Below are positions 25,561-33,465 of a DNA stretch of 35,364 nt, in pieces. Positions within the stretch are counted from its first letter, which is position 1, and every line of letters begins with the position of its first letter. The stretch spans positions 1 through 35,364 of the IMG/VR virus record IMGVR_UViG_3300044983_000134, one strand, 5' to 3'. The DNA is from a virus. Taxonomy: Duplodnaviria; Caudoviricetes. A model generated the notes under the pieces. That model worked only from the letters and a program-made list of their open reading frames with translations, ran no database searches and was not told where the DNA came from. Position numbers and translations under genes: made by a program.

Positions 25561-25619
25561 AAACGCCCGTTTCCAAGATTCCAAGAGGGTAGCACGCTCA
25601 TACTGTGGTCAGAGAACCA

Positions 25620-25800
25620 CAGGTGTAACCACCGTAACTACCAAAACACCCCAAGAAGGGTCTGCGCGCGCATATACGAGATACACACATAGTAACGTAG
25701 TAACGTAGCAACATCGGTTACAATGCTTAAGGAAAACGACGTTTCTACGTGATGGAGGATATGTATGAAGGTAGCAACGACAGAAGAAACTCGTAAGTGT
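25620..25800. other. Putative replication origin with GTAAC/TAGYAAC iterated motifs
   Basis: Non-coding, lower GC, directly downstream of the VapE-type gene; TAGTAACG-TAGTAACG-TAGCAAC tandem plus further GTAAC, GTTAC and GTAGCAAC copies. Confidence 0.5.
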
Positions 25801-25891
25801 GAACGATGCGAGGTGCCGCTGAAGAAGACGCAGCAGACATATTGCTCGAGACGCTGCATGCGCGAAGGATATCGAAAGCGCGGCGGATATC

Positions 25892-27100
25892 TCAAACCGC
25901 AGCCTCGTCCACGGGCGGATACCACGCCTTGAGGATGGTGCGCCCGTCTCTAATCGTGCGCTTGGTCCAGTGGTTGAGCGTGAGAATGCGGGCGACGCGC
26001 ATCTGCGTGCTGCGATCCGCCTTCTCCGCGCTGATTTTGAGGGCGGTGCCGAGAATCTCCGCGATCGACACATAGGGGGCGCCTTTGACGCGCTGAACTT
26101 CCACCCACGGCATCACGAGACTCGTCCATTCATCGTAGTTCTGTCGCTGCGCTTGCACGTCGCGCGTCGACTCCGGCACCTTCCACCACGCGTCGCCCTC
26201 CTTGTAGAGTTGCACGGCCTCAGCGAAGAGTTGCGCCCGGGCCTCCGTGAGCGTCTGGATGTTGATTTCACCGACCGCCACAGGCCAGAAACGGCGTAGG
26301 CCAGTTTCGTCCTCGCCCCAGTCGTCTCGGTTCGTCGTGCCGGCGAACACGCAGCGTCGCGGGTGGTCGCTCGACCGATGGTCGTAACTACCGCGGAAGC
26401 GATCGACGCGGGTGGAGACGACGGTTTTGATCCGCTCGACTTGGGCACGCGAGAAGGACGACATCTCCGCGATCTCGATGATGAGCTTGCCCTGAATATC
26501 TTGAAAGAAGTCTTTCTCGGTGACGCGCTCGTGCGCGACCGCGAACCAGTCGCCCGCGAGCACGTTGAGCGCCGTGCTTTTGCGCGTCCCCTGCTTCGAC
26601 TCAAAGACGACCATTTCATCGCGCTGGCAGCCAGGATTCATCGCGCGCGCCACAATACCGATGAAGAAGTTGTGGCTGATAGCCCTGACGTAGTCGCAGG
26701 GTTGGTCCTTCCCACAGTTAACACCCCAGTGATCTTCAAACGCGCAATCGATCCGAGGTTCACCATCCCAATGAAGCGCGTTCATCCAATCCTGAACGGA
26801 GTTGCGGCGTCGACGGAAAGCGTATTGATGGACGGCGTCGCGGATGATAGAGGTGGGGATCGCGGCGATGCCGATACGGTCTTGAAATTCCACTGTGAGA
26901 TTGAGGTCATCGGAGTCGATCCACTCGCGCGCTGGTGCGCCAGTGAGGATGCGATCGAGAAACTCGTCATACCAGATGGTGCCAGCGAGCGTCTTATCAT
27001 GCTCGAGCACCTTCACGGCGTTGCTGAGCGTCGGCCGTGGCGTCGCGCCAGGGCCACCGCAGTCAAGCCCGTAGGTCATCCAAAGCTGGGCCTGACTCAC
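25892..27100 (-). CDS. VapE-family P-loop NTPase (replicative helicase-like), no primase domain
   Basis: IWYDEF, WDGEPRID, VARAMNPGC, ESKQGTRKST (Walker A variant), EIAEM, FAGTTN, DETGLRRFWPV, QLFAEA. Confidence 0.88.
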   Translation of the reverse strand: MSQAQLWMTYGLDCGGPGATPRPTLSNAVKVLEHDKTLAGTIWYDEFLDRILTGAPAREWIDSDDLNLTVEFQDRIGIAAIPTSIIRDAVHQYAFRRRRNSVQDWMNALHWDGEPRIDCAFEDHWGVNCGKDQPCDYVRAISHNFFIGIVARAMNPGCQRDEMVVFESKQGTRKSTALNVLAGDWFAVAHERVTEKDFFQDIQGKLIIEIAEMSSFSRAQVERIKTVVSTRVDRFRGSYDHRSSDHPRRCVFAGTTNRDDWGEDETGLRRFWPVAVGEINIQTLTEARAQLFAEAVQLYKEGDAWWKVPESTRDVQAQRQNYDEWTSLVMPWVEVQRVKGAPYVSIAEILGTALKISAEKADRSTQMRVARILTLNHWTKRTIRDGRTILKAWYPPVDEAAV

Positions 27101-27348
27101 CGCGACACCACGTCATTGCGCACATGCCGATAGAATCTCCACGCGAGCGCCGCGCCAAGCAGCGCGTTGCGGCCAGCCCCCGAGTTGAGCATGTAGTTTT
27201 TGAGATGAGCGTAGCTCGTCGCCTTCCACGGGAAGTTCGGATCAAGGGGCAGTTCCACTGAATCGTAGGCAAAGTCGCGCACGAAGGGATGAGGATGGGC
27301 GATGAGCGCGGCCTGAAGGAATTGACGAAAGGTGACGCGGCGAACCAT
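27097..27348 (-). CDS. YozE SAM-like domain protein
   Basis: TFRQFL...DFAYD...DPNFP....YAHLKNYM...AWRFY pattern; AGGGAGG SD. Confidence 0.65.
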   Translation of the reverse strand: MVRRVTFRQFLQAALIAHPHPFVRDFAYDSVELPLDPNFPWKATSYAHLKNYMLNSGAGRNALLGAALAWRFYRHVRNDVVSR

Positions 27349-27467
27349 GTAGCCTCCCTAAAAGGCAAAACGACGAGACGCGCCGGGCGTCCGCTGTTTA
27401 GGGCAGCGGCGCTTACTGGGGTGCCCCCCGCCCGGCGCATTCGTGCTTGGAAGGCTTGAGTATATCA
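27349..27467 (-). promoter_or_regulatory. Extended -10 promoter (TGaTATACT) followed by a three-way-junction leader RNA that can sequester the SD
   Basis: TATACT 27464-27459; stem 27378-89/27429-40; hairpin loop CCCUAAA complementary to UUUAGGG at the SD. Confidence 0.65.
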
Positions 27468-27827
27468 TCGGCGCAGCTTCAACATCACCGCGAGGTCGTC
27501 CACGTGATACGCCACGCACGTCAGCCCGCCCGCCGCGTCCACCGCCTCGAGAAACCGCATCTGGTCCACCGTCGGCCGCCGCGGCAGTCGTTTGCCTTCG
27601 ACCGACGTGAACACCGCCAGCGTGCGCCCCACGTCGGTCGCCGTGACAACGTGCGGCGTCCAGCCGATGAGATCACTGCCACCGGGACTGCCCACGCCGT
27701 AGCGCAGCACCGCACCGTCCGGCTTCCGGAACGCGCCACAGTTGTTTCGGAACAGCCGCAGCCCGCGTTGCGTCGCGTCGAGTTGCAGCGCGCGGAGGAG
27801 GTCGGTTTCGCTCGGTGGCGTGCTCAT
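27465..27827 (-). CDS. VRR-NUC domain nuclease
   Basis: SETDL, LFRNNCG, GGSDLIG, SVEGK, DQMRFLEAVDAAGG. Confidence 0.88.
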   Translation of the reverse strand: MSTPPSETDLLRALQLDATQRGLRLFRNNCGAFRKPDGAVLRYGVGSPGGSDLIGWTPHVVTATDVGRTLAVFTSVEGKRLPRRPTVDQMRFLEAVDAAGGLTCVAYHVDDLAVMLKLRR

Positions 27828-27828
27828 G

Positions 27829-29139
27829 CTAATCCTTATAAGGGTCAAACTCATGACCGCCAGCCATTACAACGATGCGCGGCTTCAGCGTGTGCATAAT
27901 CTCGATCGTGCCGACGTGCGCATCAAGCACCGATTGCAGCGGCCGATAGACTGGTGGCGCTTCATCCGCACCAGCGCCACGGAGCACGACGCCGAGGTCA
28001 ACGAGTTTTAATTTCTCCGCGTCGAAGTCCACGAGGCCGTTCGCCATCCGCTCCATCTTCTTGCCCTTGCGAATCAGACGCGCTCCGCACTTCGGACACT
28101 TCTCGCCGTGGCCGTTGTGAGCCTGAATCGGCGCGGTATAGTCGCAAGTTCGATAGTTGCCGCAACCCCACGATGCCTTCGTCCACTTCTGCTTTCCGGC
28201 TGCTTGCGTCCGCGACATGACGCGGCCAGCACCGTGGACCGTCGAGTACAGCATCTCGCGTGAGGCGTCAGACTCTACACCGCGCAGAATCACGCTGATG
28301 TCGCCCATAGATCCGCCGACGAAACCGAATTGACCAGGGGCTGCAGGCGTCGCACCCTTGCGGACAACCCAGTAGTCCGTGCCGTCGTGCGTTTCCTTCC
28401 ACGCGAAGTTGTGATGATTGTGGACCGACCATTCCGCTTCAGCGCCGAGGATTTCGAGCATCTTCGCGACGACAACCTCACGACCGGCGTAGGCGAACTC
28501 TCCAGCGATCTGCATCGCTTCGATGTAGTCCTGACCTGAGGGTGTGTGGATGTCGAGCAAGAGCGGAGGCGCGTCCATCTCACCTTCGGCGCGGCCTTCG
28601 TCGAACGTGCCGCCTTGCGCGATCTTCATGAAGCCGGTCGCTGTCTTATGGCCGATGCCGCGGGAGCCGAAATGCACGCCGATCCACAGCGTCCCAGCTT
28701 CGTCTTCCAGCACGTCCACGTAGTGATTCCCGCTGCCGACCGTACCGAGCTGCTGCCGTGCCTGATCGACCATTGCGGCCTGCTGCGGAACCGGAGATTT
28801 AGCGATCCGGTCAAACACGGGCGAGTTAATCGGCTCTTTGTTCTTCCGACCGATGCCGAAGCTGATGCGCTTCTGGATTTCGTTGGCGATTCGCTCCATC
28901 TCCGTGAACGGAACGTCACGGGCCATCACGTTCGTCTGGACGGCCATGTTTCCGCAGGCGATGTCGTAGCCCACGCCTGAGGGCGAGACGAAGCCCCTAT
29001 AGGCCACCACGCCGCCGATCGGCATGGAATACCCGACGTGTCCATCCGCGCAGAGAACGCCTACCGCGCCATCTTCAGCCGCTACGCATCGTTCGAGTTG
29101 TTGAATAGTCCGTTCGTCATGCTGTCCTAAAATATTCAT
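27829..29139 (-). CDS. rtcB: RtcB RNA 3'-phosphate/5'-OH ligase with inserted Zn ribbon
   Basis: DGHVGY.MPIGGV, GVGYDIACG, GTVGSGNHY, HFGSRG, HHN, RKGATPA, GSMG, HGAGRVMSR, DEAP..Y; ATG 29139 overlaps the helicase TGA. Confidence 0.95.
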   Translation of the reverse strand: MNILGQHDERTIQQLERCVAAEDGAVGVLCADGHVGYSMPIGGVVAYRGFVSPSGVGYDIACGNMAVQTNVMARDVPFTEMERIANEIQKRISFGIGRKNKEPINSPVFDRIAKSPVPQQAAMVDQARQQLGTVGSGNHYVDVLEDEAGTLWIGVHFGSRGIGHKTATGFMKIAQGGTFDEGRAEGEMDAPPLLLDIHTPSGQDYIEAMQIAGEFAYAGREVVVAKMLEILGAEAEWSVHNHHNFAWKETHDGTDYWVVRKGATPAAPGQFGFVGGSMGDISVILRGVESDASREMLYSTVHGAGRVMSRTQAAGKQKWTKASWGCGNYRTCDYTAPIQAHNGHGEKCPKCGARLIRKGKKMERMANGLVDFDAEKLKLVDLGVVLRGAGADEAPPVYRPLQSVLDAHVGTIEIMHTLKPRIVVMAGGHEFDPYKD

Positions 29140-30527
29140 GCTCTCAGCCTCTCTCTCTGTCTTTTCCGTCCGCGAATCGCTTCCCAGCGCAGCCGCGCCC
29201 ATCCCGCCTTGTAGCCGCGCGCTACGCCGAGCGCGACCAATTGATCCAACGTCGTGCAGCGATGTTCCTCAAACGCCCGCGCGCGCCTCAGCGCCGACAC
29301 GTCGACTTCCGCCAGCTCACCCTCCACCTGCTCCACCTCACGCGGCTTCGCCACGGCGATGAACGCTGCCCCGCACTGCGAGCACTTCGCTGCCCACACG
29401 CGCTCCACCGCGTAGCACCGCGCGCACGTCTTGACCTTCAGCGTGCTCTCCGGCTGCTTCGCCGCGCCGTCCAACGACCACACGCGCGGATCATCCGGCA
29501 GCCCGTGACGCGTATAGTTGCCGACGTGGTCGATGATGAGCGCCGTCTTGCCCGGTGCGGGCCGCAGCGCTCGGCCGACTTGCTGGAGATAGAGGCCGAG
29601 CGAGGCGGTCGGTCTGAGCAAGAACACCGCGTCCAAGTCCGGCACGTCGAAGCCTTCCGAGACGAGGTCCACGTTGCTGACGACGCGCACGGTGCCCGCA
29701 CGCAGGCCCGTCATGACGCCGTCGCGCTCGCGCTCCGGCGTCGTGCCGTCGACATGCGCCGCAGGAATGCCAGCGCGCTGGAACTTGAGCGCCAACTCTT
29801 TCGACGCCTCGATGCTCCACGCGAACAGCAGCGCGCGTTTGCCCGCGCATCGCCGCTGATACTCCGTCAACGCGTCCCCGACGACGGTCGACGCCTGCAT
29901 TGCGTCGGCGGCTTCGTGCTTGTTGTAGTCGCCCGCGACGGTGTGGACGCCGGACAGGTCCACGCGCGAGGGCGGGGCGATGAGCCGATACGGCGCGAGC
30001 CAGCCCTGCGCGATGAGATCCGCCGTGGATGGGCCTTCCAGCAGCACATCGAACCATGCGCCGAGGCCGCGGCCGTCAAGTCTTTGCGCGGTAGCGGTGA
30101 CACCGATGAAAAACGCACGCGGAAATTTCTCCGCTAGGTCAGCGTAGGACTTACTCGCCTGATGGTGCGCTTCGTCAACGATCACGACATCTGGTTGCGG
30201 AAGATGTTCAAAGCGGCGGCGCAATGACTGGACGGAGCAAATCTGCACCGGTTCACGTGCATCCATTCGCACGCCCGCACTGACGATTCCGACAGACAAG
30301 TCAGCGCCATCGGAGAACGTATTTACTGTCTGCTTAAGCAATTCCCTGCGATGCACCCACAGATGGACGCGCTTATTCCGCGCGACAGCTCCGCGCGTCA
30401 TGTGCGCCATCAGAATCGTCTTGCCTGAACCCGTGGGGCTCGTGAGCAATATCCGCCGAACGCCGCGCCGCATTTCCGCGCGGATGTTGTCAAGGAGTTC
30501 CACTTGATATGGACGAAGTGACTTCAT
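29136..30527 (-). CDS. SF2 DEAH-box helicase with C-terminal Zn finger
   Basis: LRPYQ, SPTGSGKT, DEAHH, TAT, SEGFDVP, QQVGRALR, IDHVGN..RHG, CARC..CSQC. Confidence 0.93.
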   Translation of the reverse strand: MKSLRPYQVELLDNIRAEMRRGVRRILLTSPTGSGKTILMAHMTRGAVARNKRVHLWVHRRELLKQTVNTFSDGADLSVGIVSAGVRMDAREPVQICSVQSLRRRFEHLPQPDVVIVDEAHHQASKSYADLAEKFPRAFFIGVTATAQRLDGRGLGAWFDVLLEGPSTADLIAQGWLAPYRLIAPPSRVDLSGVHTVAGDYNKHEAADAMQASTVVGDALTEYQRRCAGKRALLFAWSIEASKELALKFQRAGIPAAHVDGTTPERERDGVMTGLRAGTVRVVSNVDLVSEGFDVPDLDAVFLLRPTASLGLYLQQVGRALRPAPGKTALIIDHVGNYTRHGLPDDPRVWSLDGAAKQPESTLKVKTCARCYAVERVWAAKCSQCGAAFIAVAKPREVEQVEGELAEVDVSALRRARAFEEHRCTTLDQLVALGVARGYKAGWARLRWEAIRGRKRQRERLRA

Positions 30528-30688
30528 CGCCCAGTCGCCGTAAAGAGACGATCAATAGGAACACCACGCGAGAGTCGATATCGCAGCGTCGTCACGCCGA
30601 TGCCAGTTCTTTCAGACCATTCAGCGAGCAGCCCTTCCGTCCAGCCTCCGAGGCCGCAGAACAAATCGATCGCCAACGGCTTATCCAC
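30524..30688 (-). pseudogene. Chimeric remnant: C5-cytosine methyltransferase N-terminus fused to an HNH-endonuclease-type C-terminal HTH
   Basis: KPLAIDLFCGLGGWTEGLLAE (MTase motif I) runs directly into LAEWSERTGIGVTTLRYRLSRG. Confidence 0.7.
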
Positions 30689-30905
30689 GCCGCGCCTTGA
30701 GTCGCGCCCGCATGTCGGCCTGCACACGCAGGCACGCGCCGCACTGCTCGCCGCGAATCTCCACCCGCGACGGCGGTGCGCTGATGCACTTATCGCCCGA
30801 GGCACACGGCGCGGAGGTGTCGCGGAGCGCGGACGGCAGCACGTAGGACGGGCCGTTGGTGTCGAGGATGTCGTCGGCCTGTTTGAGCGCGTGGTGGTGC
30901 TTCAT
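30681..30905 (-). CDS. Small Cys-containing hypothetical protein
   Basis: ATGA coupling; GGAG SD. Confidence 0.6.
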   Translation of the reverse strand: MKHHHALKQADDILDTNGPSYVLPSALRDTSAPCASGDKCISAPPSRVEIRGEQCGACLRVQADMRARLKARRG

Positions 30906-31099
30906 CGCGGATACACTCCCGTAATCGCCGCTTCCGCTTCCCGCGAGCGGCGGAGTCGTGCGTTTTCCTTCTGCAACTCGGCGTTGACAGCAACGGCGGC
31001 CAGCGCCAGTTCCCGATAGCGGACGTAGCCCTCTTCCATCTCGAGGAGTTCCAGCGCGAGGTGTTCGACGACGGCGCGGAGGACGGCGGGCTCAGCCAT
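30902..31099 (-). CDS. Small coiled-coil hypothetical protein, first gene of the replication operon
   Basis: ATG just downstream of TTGACA-N18-GACACT. Confidence 0.65.
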   Translation of the reverse strand: MAEPAVLRAVVEHLALELLEMEEGYVRYRELALAAVAVNAELQKENARLRRSREAEAAITGVYPR

Positions 31100-31110
31100 G
31101 TGAGGCGCGT

Positions 31111-31178
31111 AGTGTCATCGCGTCCGCTCCGGCCTGTCAAGCCACAAGATGTTGTGGTAGGCGACTTCATGGTATTCT
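31111..31178. promoter_or_regulatory. Divergent promoters flanking a 16-bp palindrome (NrdR-box-like)
   Basis: Leftward TTGACA(31140-35)-N18-GACACT(31116-11); CCACAAGATGTTGTGG 31142-31157; rightward TGgTATTCT 31170-31178. Confidence 0.6.
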
Positions 31179-31190
31179 GCTTGCCATCCT

Positions 31191-31442
31191 GTGACTGTCA
31201 CCCCGAGCCTGACCCTCGGAGAGATTCTCCAGATGCTGACGATGGTCGTCAGCGTCACCGCCATCATTGTCGGCGTGCGGGTGGAACTGAAGTCCGTGAA
31301 GTCCACCGTCAGTGCCCTCGCTGGGAAGCTCGAGAAGCACGACCAGACGATCTTCTCCATCGCGGGGCAACTCCAGCGCGTCATCGGGATGGTGGACGCG
31401 GAGCAGCACGCGGGGCGCCGCAGCTACGACCCGCCGATTTAG
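31191..31442 (+). CDS. Single-TM + coiled-coil protein, holin/antiholin-like
   Basis: TM ILQMLTMVVSVTAIIVGV then coiled coil; directly upstream of the cell-wall enzyme. Confidence 0.55.
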   Translation: MTVTPSLTLGEILQMLTMVVSVTAIIVGVRVELKSVKSTVSALAGKLEKHDQTIFSIAGQLQRVIGMVDAEQHAGRRSYDPPI

Positions 31443-31445
31443 GCC

Positions 31446-31814
31446 ATGTGGACCTATCGCCAGTCGGACGGCGTGCTCCTGCATAACGGCGCGGTCATTG
31501 CCACTGGCTATTCCGGCTACGGCGCGCGCGCGAATCAGCCTGCGGACGAGACCATCAAAGACCTCGGCCCGATTCCACGCGGCACCTACGCCATCGCGCC
31601 GCCCGAAGATGTCGACGGCGGTCCGCACGGGCCGTTTGTCCTGCCGCTCGTGCCGCACGAGGAAAACGAAATGTATGGCCGCAGCGGGTTTCTGATGCAC
31701 GGCGACAACGCGGAAGGCAACCACACGGCATCGATGGGTTGTATCATCATGCCGCGCGCGACGCGCGTGCTTGTGGCGCAGAGCGGCGATGGTGCGCTGG
31801 AGGTGGTCGCGTGA
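31446..31814 (+). CDS. Tlde1/DUF2778 L,D-transpeptidase-fold peptidoglycan enzyme, candidate endolysin
   Basis: WTYRQS.G, GYSG.G, GPIPRGTY.I, GRSGFLMHGD....ASMGCII (His...Cys catalytic motif). Confidence 0.85.
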   Translation: MWTYRQSDGVLLHNGAVIATGYSGYGARANQPADETIKDLGPIPRGTYAIAPPEDVDGGPHGPFVLPLVPHEENEMYGRSGFLMHGDNAEGNHTASMGCIIMPRATRVLVAQSGDGALEVVA

Positions 31815-32629
31815 GGCGGCTCCTCCTCGCGCTCGCGTTCACCGCTGGCTGCGCGTCCATCCCGCCCGCAATCGCACCGGGTCCACTCTCGTCGCCGCTC
31901 AAGGGACTCAACGATGCTTTCCACGGCCCGATCACGCCGGAGGTCGTCGCGCACTACGCTGGTTACGGCGGCATCGATTTCACGATCCGCACGCCGCAGC
32001 TCTCCGCTGAGGCGCTGCGGGCGTATTACGCCTCTGTCGCGGACTTGTCGTTGTATTACCGGAGCTTCATCGGCGGCAGACTGCGCACGATCGCGCTGGT
32101 GGAAGGGCAGGACGTCTCGCTCGGCGCGGATCTCGCCCGTCAGCACCCGGACGCGATCGAGAACGGGAACGAGCTCGAGCTACCTCCGCACGAACTCACG
32201 CCACAGCAATACGCCTTTCTGCAAGGCACGATGCACGATGCGGAACGAGCGACGGGATTTACTGGGGACATCATCATGGGTGGCGTGTATGCGCTCACGC
32301 CAGAGACGCGCTTGGCGATCAAGGAAGGACTGAGCCGCTGCCACGATTGCCTCGTCGGGGTGCATCTCTACACGATCTCCGCTGAGGACATCGCGTGGCT
32401 GAACGCGCAGAACGCGGACGTCGCGATTACCGAAACCGGCTCGCACACCAACTGCCGCCCGTCAGGTCCCGATGAGCAAGCCGCGTATCAGGCGGCGCTC
32501 TACGCTGCGGCGCGGCAGATTTGGCGGCTGAAATATTTCATCGTGTATCAGGGACCGGACGGGCCGACGTGTTCGGACGCGGATACGTTCGGTGTGCGCG
32601 GGAAGCCCGCGGAGGAGTTGTTTCGGTGA
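31811..32629 (+). CDS. Lipoprotein with clan GH-A-like glycoside hydrolase TIM barrel
   Basis: GTGA coupling; MRRLLLALAFTAG|C lipobox; IENGNE (acid/base), GVHLY, ITETG (nucleophile), EQAAY, FGV. Confidence 0.7.
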   Translation: MRRLLLALAFTAGCASIPPAIAPGPLSSPLKGLNDAFHGPITPEVVAHYAGYGGIDFTIRTPQLSAEALRAYYASVADLSLYYRSFIGGRLRTIALVEGQDVSLGADLARQHPDAIENGNELELPPHELTPQQYAFLQGTMHDAERATGFTGDIIMGGVYALTPETRLAIKEGLSRCHDCLVGVHLYTISAEDIAWLNAQNADVAITETGSHTNCRPSGPDEQAAYQAALYAAARQIWRLKYFIVYQGPDGPTCSDADTFGVRGKPAEELFR

Positions 32630-32958
32630 TGGAAACGCGACGACACGGCTCCCGCGTCGATGCGCTGCTGTATCTCTGGCGCGGGTTCCTCGACTCGCTC
32701 GCCACCGACGGCGGCTACATCTTCGTGCTGTTCACGCTCGTGCTCATCGGCATCCGCGTGTATGCGGGTCTGGACGCGACGGCGGGCGGCCAGATCATCA
32801 CGCTGTCATTCGGTGCGCTCATCGCGCTACTCAAGCCGAAAGGCAGCAACCGCGAGCAGATGGGGAGCACGACGACCGTCGCCGCGACGACGACCACGAC
32901 AGAGCCGCCGCCCGCGTTCCCCCCGCCGCCGGTTGCGCCCGATCCGCCGCTGACATAG
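32629..32958 (+). CDS. Two-TM holin-like protein with Thr/Pro tail
   Basis: GGAGG SD, TGATG coupling; GGYIFVLFTLVLIGI and IITLSFGALIALL helices. Confidence 0.6.
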   Translation: METRRHGSRVDALLYLWRGFLDSLATDGGYIFVLFTLVLIGIRVYAGLDATAGGQIITLSFGALIALLKPKGSNREQMGSTTTVAATTTTTEPPPAFPPPPVAPDPPLT

Positions 32959-32968
32959 ACTACCCGAC

Positions 32969-33063
32969 GCGCGCCGCGCTCGCCGACTGCGCCGTCTCCA
33001 GCGGTGCACGGGATTCAGCCTCCCGCTTCTCCGGCGAGTGCCGCGCGCCCTTACACTGGAGAC
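32969..33063 (+). promoter_or_regulatory. Three-way-junction leader RNA with loop-SD pseudoknot
   Basis: Stem 32969-85/33032-48; hairpins 32988-33008 and 33009-33025; loop UCUCCAG complementary to CUGGAGA 33056-62. Confidence 0.7.
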
Positions 33064-33066
33064 ACA

Positions 33067-33465
33067 ATGGGATTCCTGAAAAAGCTCGGCCAGATCCTCG
33101 CCGTCGGCATCGAACTCGTGACGGGCATCGGCCCGATCCTGTCGCGGCAGGCTCCGGAGGCGTCGTCCACCGTCGCCACCGTGACGAATGACCTGAACCT
33201 GATCGCCGGCATCATTGCGCAAGCCGAAGCGATGGGCGCGTCGCTCGGGCTGCCGGGACCGGACAAGCTGAAGGCCGCCGCGCCGATGGTCGCGCAGATC
33301 ATCCTCTCGTCCTCGCTGCTCGCTGGGAAGAAGATTCAGGACACGGCGAAGTTCCAGCAGGGCGTCAACAGCATCGCGGGCGGGATGGCCGACGTGCTGT
33401 CGTCGCTCGACGCGGCGTCCATCGTCACCACGCCGCTCGTCGTCACGCCGCCGCCAACGGCGTAG
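33067..33465 (+). CDS. Amphipathic helical protein of the lysis region (132 aa)
   Basis: GGAGA SD, ATG 33067; MGFLKKLGQILAVG amphipathic start; AEA..GPDKLKAA faintly resembles LL-H-type holins. Confidence 0.65.
   Translation: MGFLKKLGQILAVGIELVTGIGPILSRQAPEASSTVATVTNDLNLIAGIIAQAEAMGASLGLPGPDKLKAAAPMVAQIILSSSLLAGKKIQDTAKFQQGVNSIAGGMADVLSSLDAASIVTTPLVVTPPPTA

Noticed and set aside
30524-30805. Functional DNA cytosine methyltransferase
   Set aside because: Only motif I is present; catalytic PC and ENV motifs are absent
32969-33048. tRNA or tRNA-like gene
   Set aside because: Only two internal arms, no T-loop GTTC or D-loop GG pattern, and closing stem too long
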